From Mytilus trossulus (Eukaryota): 64,000 nt of DNA. Shown piece after piece: positions 53,353 through 64,000 of the stretch (the stretch's first letter is position 1; each line of letters opens with the position of its first letter). The stretch spans positions 73,718,001-73,782,000 of the forward strand of contig NC_086382.1 in the NCBI RefSeq assembly GCF_036588685.1, read 5' to 3'. The position numbers and the translations under genes are program-made. The notes below the pieces were generated by a model that was not told the DNA's origin, did no database searches, and was given only the letters and a program-made list of their open reading frames with translations.

Positions 53353-56300
53353 CCATTCATGTTCTAAAATATCATTCATTGCTATCCTTCTGACTTCGTC
53401 TACTGTCAGCATCCTTGTCAGCAAATCTCTGCAATCTGAAATATTCATAAGAAATAAATTATACTACATGTAAGTATCGTTGGATTATTTCATTTAGTGC
53501 ATGTATATATGATAAATATTGAGTAACTTACAGCACGGGGCGCTTATTCATACATGCATACAGCTAATAACGTTGAAAGTTGATCCGAACGACCGAATTG
53601 TTCTGCATGTCCGACGATAAATTAAAACCATTTAACCTGTTTACCAAGCCTATCAAGTTCAAACTGGGTCCCTTTTCTTCCATAAAGGAGCTTCTGAATC
53701 ACTCATTTGATATAAAATTGCACTTCTGTGTAACTTTTCGAGTAAATTATAGGATCAAGTAAACGTACCTTCAGAACGTTTTTCTGTTATTTCACAACCT
53801 TGTAAACAGACATTTCAAGTAAGGCAATACGTCATAATAAACTTACGTTCAGAAATTGTGGAGGGAATTTCACAGCCTTGTAAAATACTAAAGTATAGGG
53901 ATACAAAGTTGTTTTTGGATTCCATGGTAAACGGCAAAGTTCCAATCAAAAGGTAAAATAAATTTACTCCTCTGAAAAATAAATATAACCATGTAAAACA
54001 ACTTGTTGGGTATTATACATGAAAAAAACTAACATATACTCAGAAATCGGCAATCGCTTCAGTTAAAGATCGTCCTTTTTTAAACTTCATTATTCACATT
54101 TTTTTACCATATATTACATGTATATATCTCATCTTTACAGAACATTATCTTACTATCTTATTCAAATCTCTATCGATCATATACTATTCAATTTGTATTG
54201 TTTATTGACGGCTCTATCTATAAATGAATAAGCAGAACTTTCAATTATGGGCACTATCTATCAATTGATAACTAGAAGACTAATGATTCTGAATATATAT
54301 ACGAAGATGTGGTATTAGTGCCAATGAGACAACTCTTCATCCAAGTAACAATTTATAAAAGTATACCATTATAGGTCAAAGTATGGTTTTCAACGTGGAG
54401 CCTTCAAGTTGACTCAAAACGAACAGCATACTATAAAGGACCCCCCCCCCAAAAAAAAAAAGAAAAAAACTATGGTAAACCCATTCAAACGGGAAAACCG
54501 ACGAAAAAAACCCGAGAAATTCCTGTTTATTTACGACTCTTTCTGTGATAAAAAAAATCAAAATCGTATTGTGTTATAATAACTCGAGACTATTTGGTAA
54601 AATAATCAGAACAAGATTTAAACAATTTGAATTTTCATTTTTCACTGATTTAAGGGATCAAATATTTATCCTTTTTCAAAATATAAAAGAACAACAAAAA
54701 CATAATCCATGGCCAACTAATTCTTAAATTCACAAACAAACGTCTGATATATTTGATATTTATTTATTACAGCTCATATACAAACGTATATGTACATAGA
54801 ATTTACTTCTTTATACTTTTACTTTTAATAAAAAGGTTAGAATATTTTTTTCCAACTTGAATATCCTATTTTGCTTAAAAAGTCTCCCTCTATTATTCGG
54901 AACATAGTCACTTCGATGGAATTACGCCATCATCTTGTAAAAAGATCCTAGATTTGACCCTTAACTTTAAAAAGGAATAAAGTGATTGAAATATATAATT
55001 TAATGAAAGTGTAAGAATATTCTGACACTTTAACAGATAGGCTTTTAACAGATAGGCTTTTAAAAGATAACTAAGAATAATGATTAACTTAATAATTTTA
55101 CGGTTCGTAGATAAAATTGTTTGTACTTGAAGACACCATATACCCGATGAATAATTAACATGAAAATTAACGGTTTGTAGACAGAATTATTAGTACTTAC
55201 AGACTCCATATATCTAACATAGTACTTACAGACTCCATATATCTGATGCTGTAGTATAGTTCCTTTTACTGAGTACTTCCGGTGCAATAAACGAAGGAGA
55301 ACCACAAAAGTTAAGTTTGTTTTCTATTCCTTCAACACTAGTACTCAATCCAAAGTCTGATCAATGAAAATAAATAGGAAAAAAGTCAAAACACAAAAAT
55401 ACTGAACTCAATAACTGAATAATGAAAAGATAACTATCTAAGTATAATCTATCTTAGAACTATCTATCTATAACAGGGATGCCGATATTGAAATTGTAAG
55501 TTGATTAAGCGAATTGTTGGGCTTTATGTATATATTAGAAACGGATATTACGGTTATTGGTGTATTTGATTCATCTGGTATTCAAATATCTAGACATATT
55601 TGAAGTAAAAAACAAACTAAAGACGATTAAGTCTACGCCTGTAGTTGGAATTGTGTATATATGGAGAACAATCAGAACTCAACATATAAATAACTTATTT
55701 CAATAATGGACTTAGTCAGATTTGACTTACTGTTTGAGGATTTGAACATTGAAAGCAAATAACAGAAAGAGTTTCTAATATCCGACATACTTATGATAAC
55801 AAACTATTACATTACCTGTATATATTAAATATTTAATCAAAGATTACCTGCTATTTTCACTTTTCCTTCTTTTTCTAAAACCATATTATCTAGTTTTAAA
55901 TCCCTGTGAATATAAAATTACCATTGTTAACCATGCACATCTTCTTATCTATATTTATGTATATCATATATCAGGGTTTTAAAGGTTTTATCTATCAATG
56001 TCTTCAAAATGTCTTCAATACTTAATTGCATTCGTAAAGAAACAAAAACGTTTCGTTTATTTGTTATGATAGTGTACCTGCTGCACATTTGAAAGAAACT
56101 GAAAATGCATTTGTTTGTTATCTTTTTACCATAAAATATCTAAATAGGTTGATAATAATAGTAAGAAGCTTAAATCAATATTCTGATTCAAGAAAGAAAA
56201 AACTGTTCCGTTTTGGTCTGAAGAGCTCGGGCTATTTTAAAATGAAGTTGCTGCCTAATTGCCTTATATTGATTCCGGATGGAGAAGCACTTTTATCTTC

Positions 56301-57587
56301 ATATATGAATAAAATATTTTGTTTTGTACGAGTTACCTGTGTAAAATGCCTTCATTGTGCATATAGTCTACAGCTGAACAAATCTGTCTCATTATAGATT
56401 TACCCTCCGTTTCTTCTATATGTTTCCTTGAAGACAAGAACAAATTGATAGATTTTGATAATTAGATAATATATTAACAAAAACAATAAAAATAACTGTA
56501 TAAAACTCCTAGTTCTGTCAAGGTGAAAACAAAGAATGTAACTGAAACATCTTTGAATATTGTTTTTGTTGGTACTAACTTAAAGTTTGATCTTACTTTG
56601 AACGGTTGACATCGAATGTATTACACTCAAACCATATTTGTATTACTACGAAGTACCGGTTTTGATACCTATTATAGTAATGGTTTTAAATAACATTTTT
56701 TTTTTATTAAAAAAAATATTTTTTTCTCCCATTTTTATTAAAGTTAGTTATGGTTCATTATATGCATATACTTGGTTCATATCAGCATTTGAGCAATAGA
56801 AACATATTTACTTTCGTTTTAAATAATCTTTCATATTTTCTCCTTCAACTAGTTCTAAAACCAGATAAAAATTGCGTCCAGTTTCCATCCACTCCAAACA
56901 ACGTACAATATTTGGATGATCTAAACCTTTCTGTACTTTAATTTCACTGCAAAATCGTTTCTTTATTTTCTCCTGTTGCAGGATGGAACTTTTGGGGATT
57001 ATTTTTATTGCAACCTAGTAAAAAAATCAAAGATACGAATTAAAAGAAAACTGTTATTTTCACATGTAAAGTAAAGATGTCATATGTACATGTGTTATGA
57101 TATATAATTCTAAATTACAAGTACGTTGTAACCGATTCCATGTCAGTGTGGTACTATGTAAGTACATACTGGTATTGTGACCATCTTGTCTATTTTTAAA
57201 AACTATTTCCAAATATACAAATTTATAATTAAAACTCGTTACAAGATTAAATCTATGCCAGTCCTGTGTATTACCATTGAAAGTCGGAACTCCAAATTCG
57301 GGTTACAATGTTTAAAGAAAACAATTAATATTTAAAAGTACACAAATGTTAAAACAGTTAATTTCTGTTTATCTGTACATTATTATAAACTTAGCATTTG
57401 ACCTGCATGTGATTTGACCCACCAAATGTCTTACCGTTTGTTCATTCTGCAGATGTTTGCCTTCTCGGACAGTGGAGAACGAGCCTTTTCCCAAAGTTTT
57501 TCCAATCTTATAGTTTCCCACCTGCTTTCTTATATCCAATGGTATAAACTGATCCTGGAAAACATCCTCAAACATCGAGCCGGCCAT
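53332..57587 (-). CDS. HUNK/AMPK-related (CAMK group) Ser/Thr kinase, 285 aa, 7 coding exons: 57587-57435, 57014-56812, 56426-56337, 55903-55848, 55356-55230, 53971-53847, 53435-53332
   Basis: All introns GT-AG with matching phases (0,2,2,1,2,1); motifs LGKGSFSTV, VAIK, HPNIV, HRDLKLDN, DFG, CGSPSFIAPE, DIWSLGV, GTLPF and CRDLLTRML...HEWL; KQVGNYKIG..VREG resembles HUNK. Confidence 0.9.
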
Positions 57588-59177
57588 GGTTAGGGAAACC
57601 AGTCATTTCTGTAAGGCATAGAAAACTTATGAAGACTGACAGAAGGTAAAACAGACATAAGTATATTCAGTTATGCTTATATCAGAAAGCTTACGGATAC
57701 AACCATCAATTTAGGCATACTATGCATTGCTTGCTGAAAACACAAACACCGACCGTGTCGTCATAAGCTAACGTCACGGTACCAAAATTGCACCGAGTAC
57801 CAAAATTGCACCTATTTAGCAAAAATAGCAGCGGAAATCATACAAGATTTTATAAAGGCTAAACAATTTGTGTTTGATACCATGCACGTCTTTTAAATAA
57901 GGTAATTATTATATATTTAGCTATACACAAAAGGTTCACAGAAGTTATCAACATATGAAGTGTTCACTGAAAAAGCAAAATGGGAACGTCGCCATGCGAT
58001 GTCATCATCAAAACGTCATTCTTTCAAAAATTAGCAAATTATACAATATTTTACAGCATTCTTTTTTTTTTAAATGAAGAGTAATCATGGACATATATTC
58101 AATTGTTCAAAATATTTGAAATTAATGATACATCTACAAATTAAACACAAAATGGAAACTGTTGCCTGGAGCCTAAAAAACGTTATGATAATACAGTTAT
58201 GATAAAAGAGAAATTACACATTCTCTATATCTTCCCATTCAGAAAACCAATGCAAATAAACAATAACGTTCAATCAAATCTTTTTAATTTTATACTATAT
58301 AGTTTCATCTACAAAAGACAGAAATTGAAAAAAGTAGATGTACACTTACATTAACTTGTACGACAAATCAAAGATGCCTCAATTAAATCCGTAGAAAATA
58401 TTGCAGCTCATGTGTTGTATTTTTAACTTGTATTTTTCATAAAATTATCACTCCGTGTTCTCACATCATTAATGTCATAAATTCCTATCTGAATACGATA
58501 TATAGACCAAAGTAAACTACAAGTAGCGTGAAGTACGCCCTAAATTACTAAATCCTCATAACTTTATTGTCAATACACAAACATTTATAAAGTTTCAACT
58601 GCGAACTTAAAATCTTGTTTTGAGGTAAGTATCCGGCTTATAATGAAGACCAATGTAATGGACTTACAAATACCGTTTGATATAGTTTGTCAATAAACCC
58701 TCAATTGTATATAAAAGGCGTTTGAACCCATCTATAGTTTATCATTAAATATTTCCATATCATATTTACATGTGTATTTATAATTTAAAATTATTTACAA
58801 AAGGGCATTTAAATTTCTTTAAATGGATCCGACTTTTCACATCAATGTTTTTAAAGTGATGTTTGTTGTAAAATTAGGAATTTAACAAAAACCTTTGATT
58901 AGATGCAGTAAACCTGTTTCATAGCATATTTATGTTAAGTAAAACATGTAGCGGGAATCTGCCAGAATTAACTTTCCTTTAATTGTTGTGACTAAATGTT
59001 TGTATAAAATTCTTATATTTAAAATAAAATATCGACAAGTACGTACACGATTATATACAACATCAACTACTGCCATTTGTTTTGCTTATGTATAATCGTC
59101 AAAAAAAATATTTTGTTCATCTTGTTGGACTAATTAGTCGGCTAGAATACTTTATCCTGCAATTAGCCAACTATTGT

Positions 59178-59580
59178 AATCATCCCTTCGTAAATTTTAC
59201 GGACGCCATCACGAGTTGGTTGACCGTTATGGAATAACCGTTTCACAAATGATATCGGATATGTTCATAACGTCGTAACTACAATCCCCTTCCCTTTCAT
59301 GAATGTGACCTACCGAATTAGACTATTTACCGGATTTGTAATCACATAAGCAACACGACGGGTGCCACATGTGGAGCAGGATCTGCTCACCCTTCCGGAG
59401 CACCTGAGATCACCCCTAGTTTTTGGTGGGGTTCGTGATGTTTATTCTTTAGTTTTCTATGTTGTGTCATGTGTACTATTGTTATTCTGTTTGTCTTTTT
59501 CATTTTTAGCCATTGCGTTGTCAGTTTGTTTTAGATTTTTGAGTTTGACTATCCCTTTGGTATCTTTCGTCCCTCTTTTT
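59178..59580 (+). mobile_element. Short 5'-truncated Penelope-like family 1 copy in the region 5' of the kinase ATG
   Basis: SSLRKFYGRHHELVDRYG plus a 3' UTR nearly identical to 43970-44370. Confidence 0.85.
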
Positions 59581-62500
59581 GTACAAATATCAGGTATACA
59601 AACAATTTTTTTATTTATTTGTACAAATAAAGTCTCCTGTTACCTCACCTCCACGTTGAGCAAGCGCTAATATGAATATATTTGTTTCCTAACCAGTTAA
59701 TTTTGGATCCTCTACGCGGTCCGCGTTTTAACCATTTCGATATTTTTGAGAAATAAAAAACACTGATTTTGATTTAATTACCAAAGTTACAAGTGTAGGG
59801 AGTAATTTCAGGATAAAAACAATATATGTACATTGTTGGAAAATATAAAATGTATGTGTACTCGCTACGAAATAAGAGAAAAGCTCGACAGAGCCTCGCT
59901 TCTTGTCCTGCTTTTAAAGCTCATACAAACTAAATTTTATATTATCCGACAATAGATATAGAAAGATGTGGTGTGAGTGCAAATGAGACAACTCTCCATC
60001 CAAATAACAATTTAAAAAAGTAAACCATTATAGGTCAATGTACGGCCTTCAACACGGAGCCTTGGCTCACACTGTACATACATTGTATATTTATTTTCGT
60101 TCCTTATTACAGAGGGGCTGGACAGGGGTTAAGTTTCTCCCTTCTCCCTCACCTCTCTCCCTTCTCCCGCCCCTCTCTCCTATGCCCCCAATACCCTGTC
60201 CAGGCCTTCATTACATGTACATAAACATTTAACGGGAAGATTGGAAAATTTTCTGGAAAACTGAGACATGTGTATGAATTCACAGCATAAAAGCTTTAAA
60301 AGTAAGCATAAAATGAAAAACAACTACGCTCTGTTTATTGTTCCTTGTTTCAAATTTAGAATGAGGGCTTCAACACGGAGCATAAGCTCATCTCTAAAAG
60401 CAATGTTAAACACGTCTCTGGGACCGGTTTACTTAAGCTGAATCCTTATGATTAAAGGTCGATGAAATTAAACTTTCGTGAGCATTTAAATATAAACAAA
60501 ACAATTAATAATGCGTGTATCAAAGACCACTTGCAGCTAATTTGTTTTTTTAAGCTACAAACTGTATAGGACTATTCCAAATTTAATTATTTACCAAAAA
60601 TTCAGAGAAACAAAAACTGGAATTAAGTTAAGCAAGTATTGAAGCAGTCTCCAGCAATTTAATAAAAATAAGGAAATTATGATTAATTGTTTTTTTCGTC
60701 AACAATTTACCAAATTTACTGTATTAAATGTACTTGTTATGACTTGTAGACAACTCTACGCAGATACAAGGATTGCATATTAGGTAGAATATCACTTTAA
60801 CAGTAGGGTATCTCGGGTAAAATCGACTTTATTGTGTGTAAATAACCTTATTTCTAGTACAGAAGCTTCAAAATTATTGTTTAAAAATGTTAGGTCATCT
60901 GTATTTACGGTACATATCTTTTAGCTAACTATAAGGTATGTATTATTAAAAAAATTTGTTGAAGGCTACGCGGTGACCCATTTGTGCTTCAATTATACCA
61001 TGTTGGATATTTGTACCAAACTACAATATCAAATCTTCTGACTTTATCGATTTCCTTATTTTGAACACATATGACATACATTTATCAACGGAAGAACAGA
61101 TATATAGAAGTTCTTTGTCGTCTAACTTTAAGTAGTTGCTGTTTGGCCTTTACCAAATGTAACACTAGATTTCAACATATTGTCTTTGGGTAGCTGTCTT
61201 ATTGTCGTATATTAAAAAAAAATTTGGCAAAATAAAATTCATATCTTTACATGTAGACTGTAATTTATCATTCATCAAGTAAGATTAAGAGGGCTTTTAG
61301 AAAATCAAAGTACTATGTACAAACATGTAAAAATCATAATACAAACAAAAATGCAGATCGTTAGGTACAATGTACTCGCAATTACTTGTTTAAAGCTAAC
61401 ACATCTGACAAGGTTATAGATCCATGACAAATATATCAATCAGTACACATCTAAATGATTTAATATAAAGAAGTCATAAACAGTTAAGAGAAAAACTTGA
61501 TTTCGTGCAATTTTAAACTATAGATATCGATAGAAAGGATGAACTTAATGTGCATAGCAGTATAGCAGTACTATTTAAAGATGTAACATATACATGTAAA
61601 TTTTCGTGTCATTTGGAGAGTTGTCTCATTTACAATCATATCCCATCATCTTATTAGTATGTCATATAAAAAAAAGAAGATGTGGTATGATTATAAATGA
61701 GACAACTATCCACAAAAGACCAAATTGACACAGACATGAACAACTATAGGTCACCGTACGGCCTTCAACAATTATCAAAGCCCATACCGCATAGTCAGCT
61801 GTAAAAGGCCCCGATAAGACTATGTAAAACAATTCAAACGAGAAAACTAACGACCTTATTTATGTTAAAAAAAATTACTTACATATCTCCGGTCGCCGCG
61901 ATGTGTGAGCTGAGGCTGTGCAAAGCAAACACATATCAATCTATCAACTATATATACTATGAACTGTTAATACAATATTCTCTATCACTTAACTCCACTT
62001 ACACACTACGATCCATGTCAGCATCTTAAAATTCCATTATTTTTCCAATGAGAAGAAGGATTGCTGTTAGAAGCTTTACATAATATCTGAGGTATTAAAA
62101 TGTTTCCAGTTCTTTCTATAATATTATTAATCATGTTTTTAAGACCACCCGCCTGTTCATTAAGTTAAATTATTTACTGTTATATGTTTACACCCGATTA
62201 ATTGATTAGGTATTTAAAAATACTAATAACAGGTGACCAAGAGTTGTTTATGTCTAAATATGTTTGAAAGAAATGGAAAATGTAACAAGTACTTTTAAAG
62301 TATTTGAAATAAAAATATGATTTTACCGGAATTATTCAATATTGACTTGAAAATATTTGTTTCAATTTGATCATGAACTAAGACTTTAGTTAAAAAAAAA
62401 AAAGGTAAAAAGACATGTGGGACGTTTCTTCTTGAAAAAAAAGAATACTTCTTTTTTTTCTTCAATTTATTATGTTATATTTGATAAAGAAAATGGGATT

Positions 62501-62865
62501 AATGTTTTTCCAATTTACCTTTAAGCATAAAAACATCTTAATATTTTGCCATTCCTTTTTAATTCCAAAGTATGTTTGTCTTCAAAAAACAAATGGTCCT
62601 TTAATCAGCTTATATATTTATACTCGAGTGAGTAAAAGTCTTGTATAAGAACACTATTATCATAAAATTAAGCGTGTTATGATAATGCGCTAAGATATTT
62701 TACTGGAATGTACAATCTTATTGTTGATGCATTTTATAAGGACAGACAGTTGCCAGCTTCATGAACACAATACGGTATGATTCACTAGTTGGAATGTTAT
62801 TGCATAACCATCGTCAATTGTAATTCAAATTAGCGTGTGTTTTTCTATATTGTGATGTTATACTA

Positions 62866-63999
62866 TCTATACTATTAAACGAGAAGACCTCATTTTTGGT
62901 GTCGCTTCTCTTCTTTCCACAATTAATTGATCAACACCCCTCTGAGTCCTATAGGTACAGTGCATAGTGCCATTTGTCATCCACTCATATGATTATTCAG
63001 ATTGAGGTATTTTTGGAGAAAAACGAGAAAAAAGGCATCCGGATATTGTCCCGTAATTGGACGAAATTTTAAGTCAGATTAGACTTCCGGTTTGCGTTTT
63101 CTGTATACTTTGAAAATACATATACAAAGAATAAAGTGTATTTTCAGAATACTATCTGCTATCATTTTCAAGTTTACTATCCATGAATGAAGTGTATTTT
63201 CAGAATTCTATCTGCTATCATTTTCAAGTTTACTATCCACGGCAGTCACAGAGTTTATTAAATAGAGAGGGTCTGTATACTATATCAATGACCACAGACT
63301 ATGGATCGATTAGTAAACTTGAAACTTTAGTAGAACTGAAAGTAAATACACTATATTTAAATAGCAATGAATGTTCATAATATACAGATAAGCGCTAAAA
63401 ATATTCATGTGAACTTTTGATACCTTTTCTGAAATTCTCCAGTCATTAAATCTTTTACAAAATTCATTGATTACAAAAAAAGAAGAAGATGTGGTATGAT
63501 TGCCATGTTGAGACAACTCTCCACAAGAGACCAATATGACACAGATATGAACAACTATAGCTTACCGTACGATCTTCAACAACGAGCAAAGCCCATACCG
63601 CATACATGTACTCAGCTTTACAAGGCCCCGAACTGACAATGTAAAACAATTCAAACCAGAAAACTAGCGGCCTTATTTATGTACAAAAAATGAACGAAAA
63701 ACAAATATGGAACACATAAACAAACAATAACTACTGAATTACAGGCTCCTTACTTGAATGTTCATAACATACTAAATGTATGTTCATATTGAAAATAATA
63801 GAAAAACAAAAAAATGGTAATATTGGAAATGAAGGAGGAGGGATAAAAAAAAACATTTTCCTGTCCCCAATAACCTATGACTTATGATACTTTTGCTGAA
63901 ATTCTCCAGTCATTCAATATTTTACAAAATTATTCCAACAACACTTTACATACTTTAAACTACGCTCTGAAGGCCCGCGATTTCGCGGGTGTGTTCTAG
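62866..63999 (+). mobile_element. Non-autonomous Helitron with a nested short repeat insertion
   Basis: A|TCTATAC 5' end; 3' hairpin cccgcga-tt-tcgcggg (63974-63989) followed by CTAG|T. Confidence 0.75.
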
Positions 64000-64000
64000 T

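Noticed and set aside
52970-53473. 167-aa Thr/Ser-rich + strand ORF
   Set aside because: Translation of the minisatellite, antisense to the kinase last exon, with a frame shift between units
59298-59350. SECIS-like hairpin in the Penelope family 1 3' UTR (ATGAatgtga...tcacatAAG)
   Set aside because: The 3' side of the quartet is AA rather than GA in all three copies, and helix II is poor

Overview
AT-rich eukaryotic genomic DNA with spliceosomal introns. The repeat content resembles a bivalve, most likely Mytilus (inference). The core (16-43 kb, + strand) is a tandem cluster of four single-cysteine-cluster Toll-like receptor loci. TLR-A is an out-of-frame chimera of two paralogs. TLR-B carries a 10-bp frameshift that a cryptic 95-nt intron could repair. 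TLR-C has lost its whole LRR solenoid in frame, leaving TM+TIR. TLR-D is intact (820 aa, 2 coding exons). The cluster appears to come from duplication of a two-gene cassette followed by gene conversion. The ectodomains share a mid-domain furin site (RxKR|S). B, C and D carry a C-terminal acidic dileucine motif, and all four TIR BB loops lack the canonical proline. Together these features recall vertebrate endosomal TLR3/7/8. A 7-exon HUNK/AMPK-related kinase (285 aa) lies on the - strand at 53.3-57.6 kb, and its stop-codon region is amplified as a 30-bp minisatellite. The remainder is mobile DNA: Penelope-like RT fragments (one with a well-formed SECIS), 354-nt retrozyme repeats with type I hammerhead ribozymes (plus a degenerate hammerhead-like motif on the opposite strand), L1/Tx1 and PIF/Harbinger remnants, MITEs and a non-autonomous Helitron. 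All calls come from manual reading; no searches were run.
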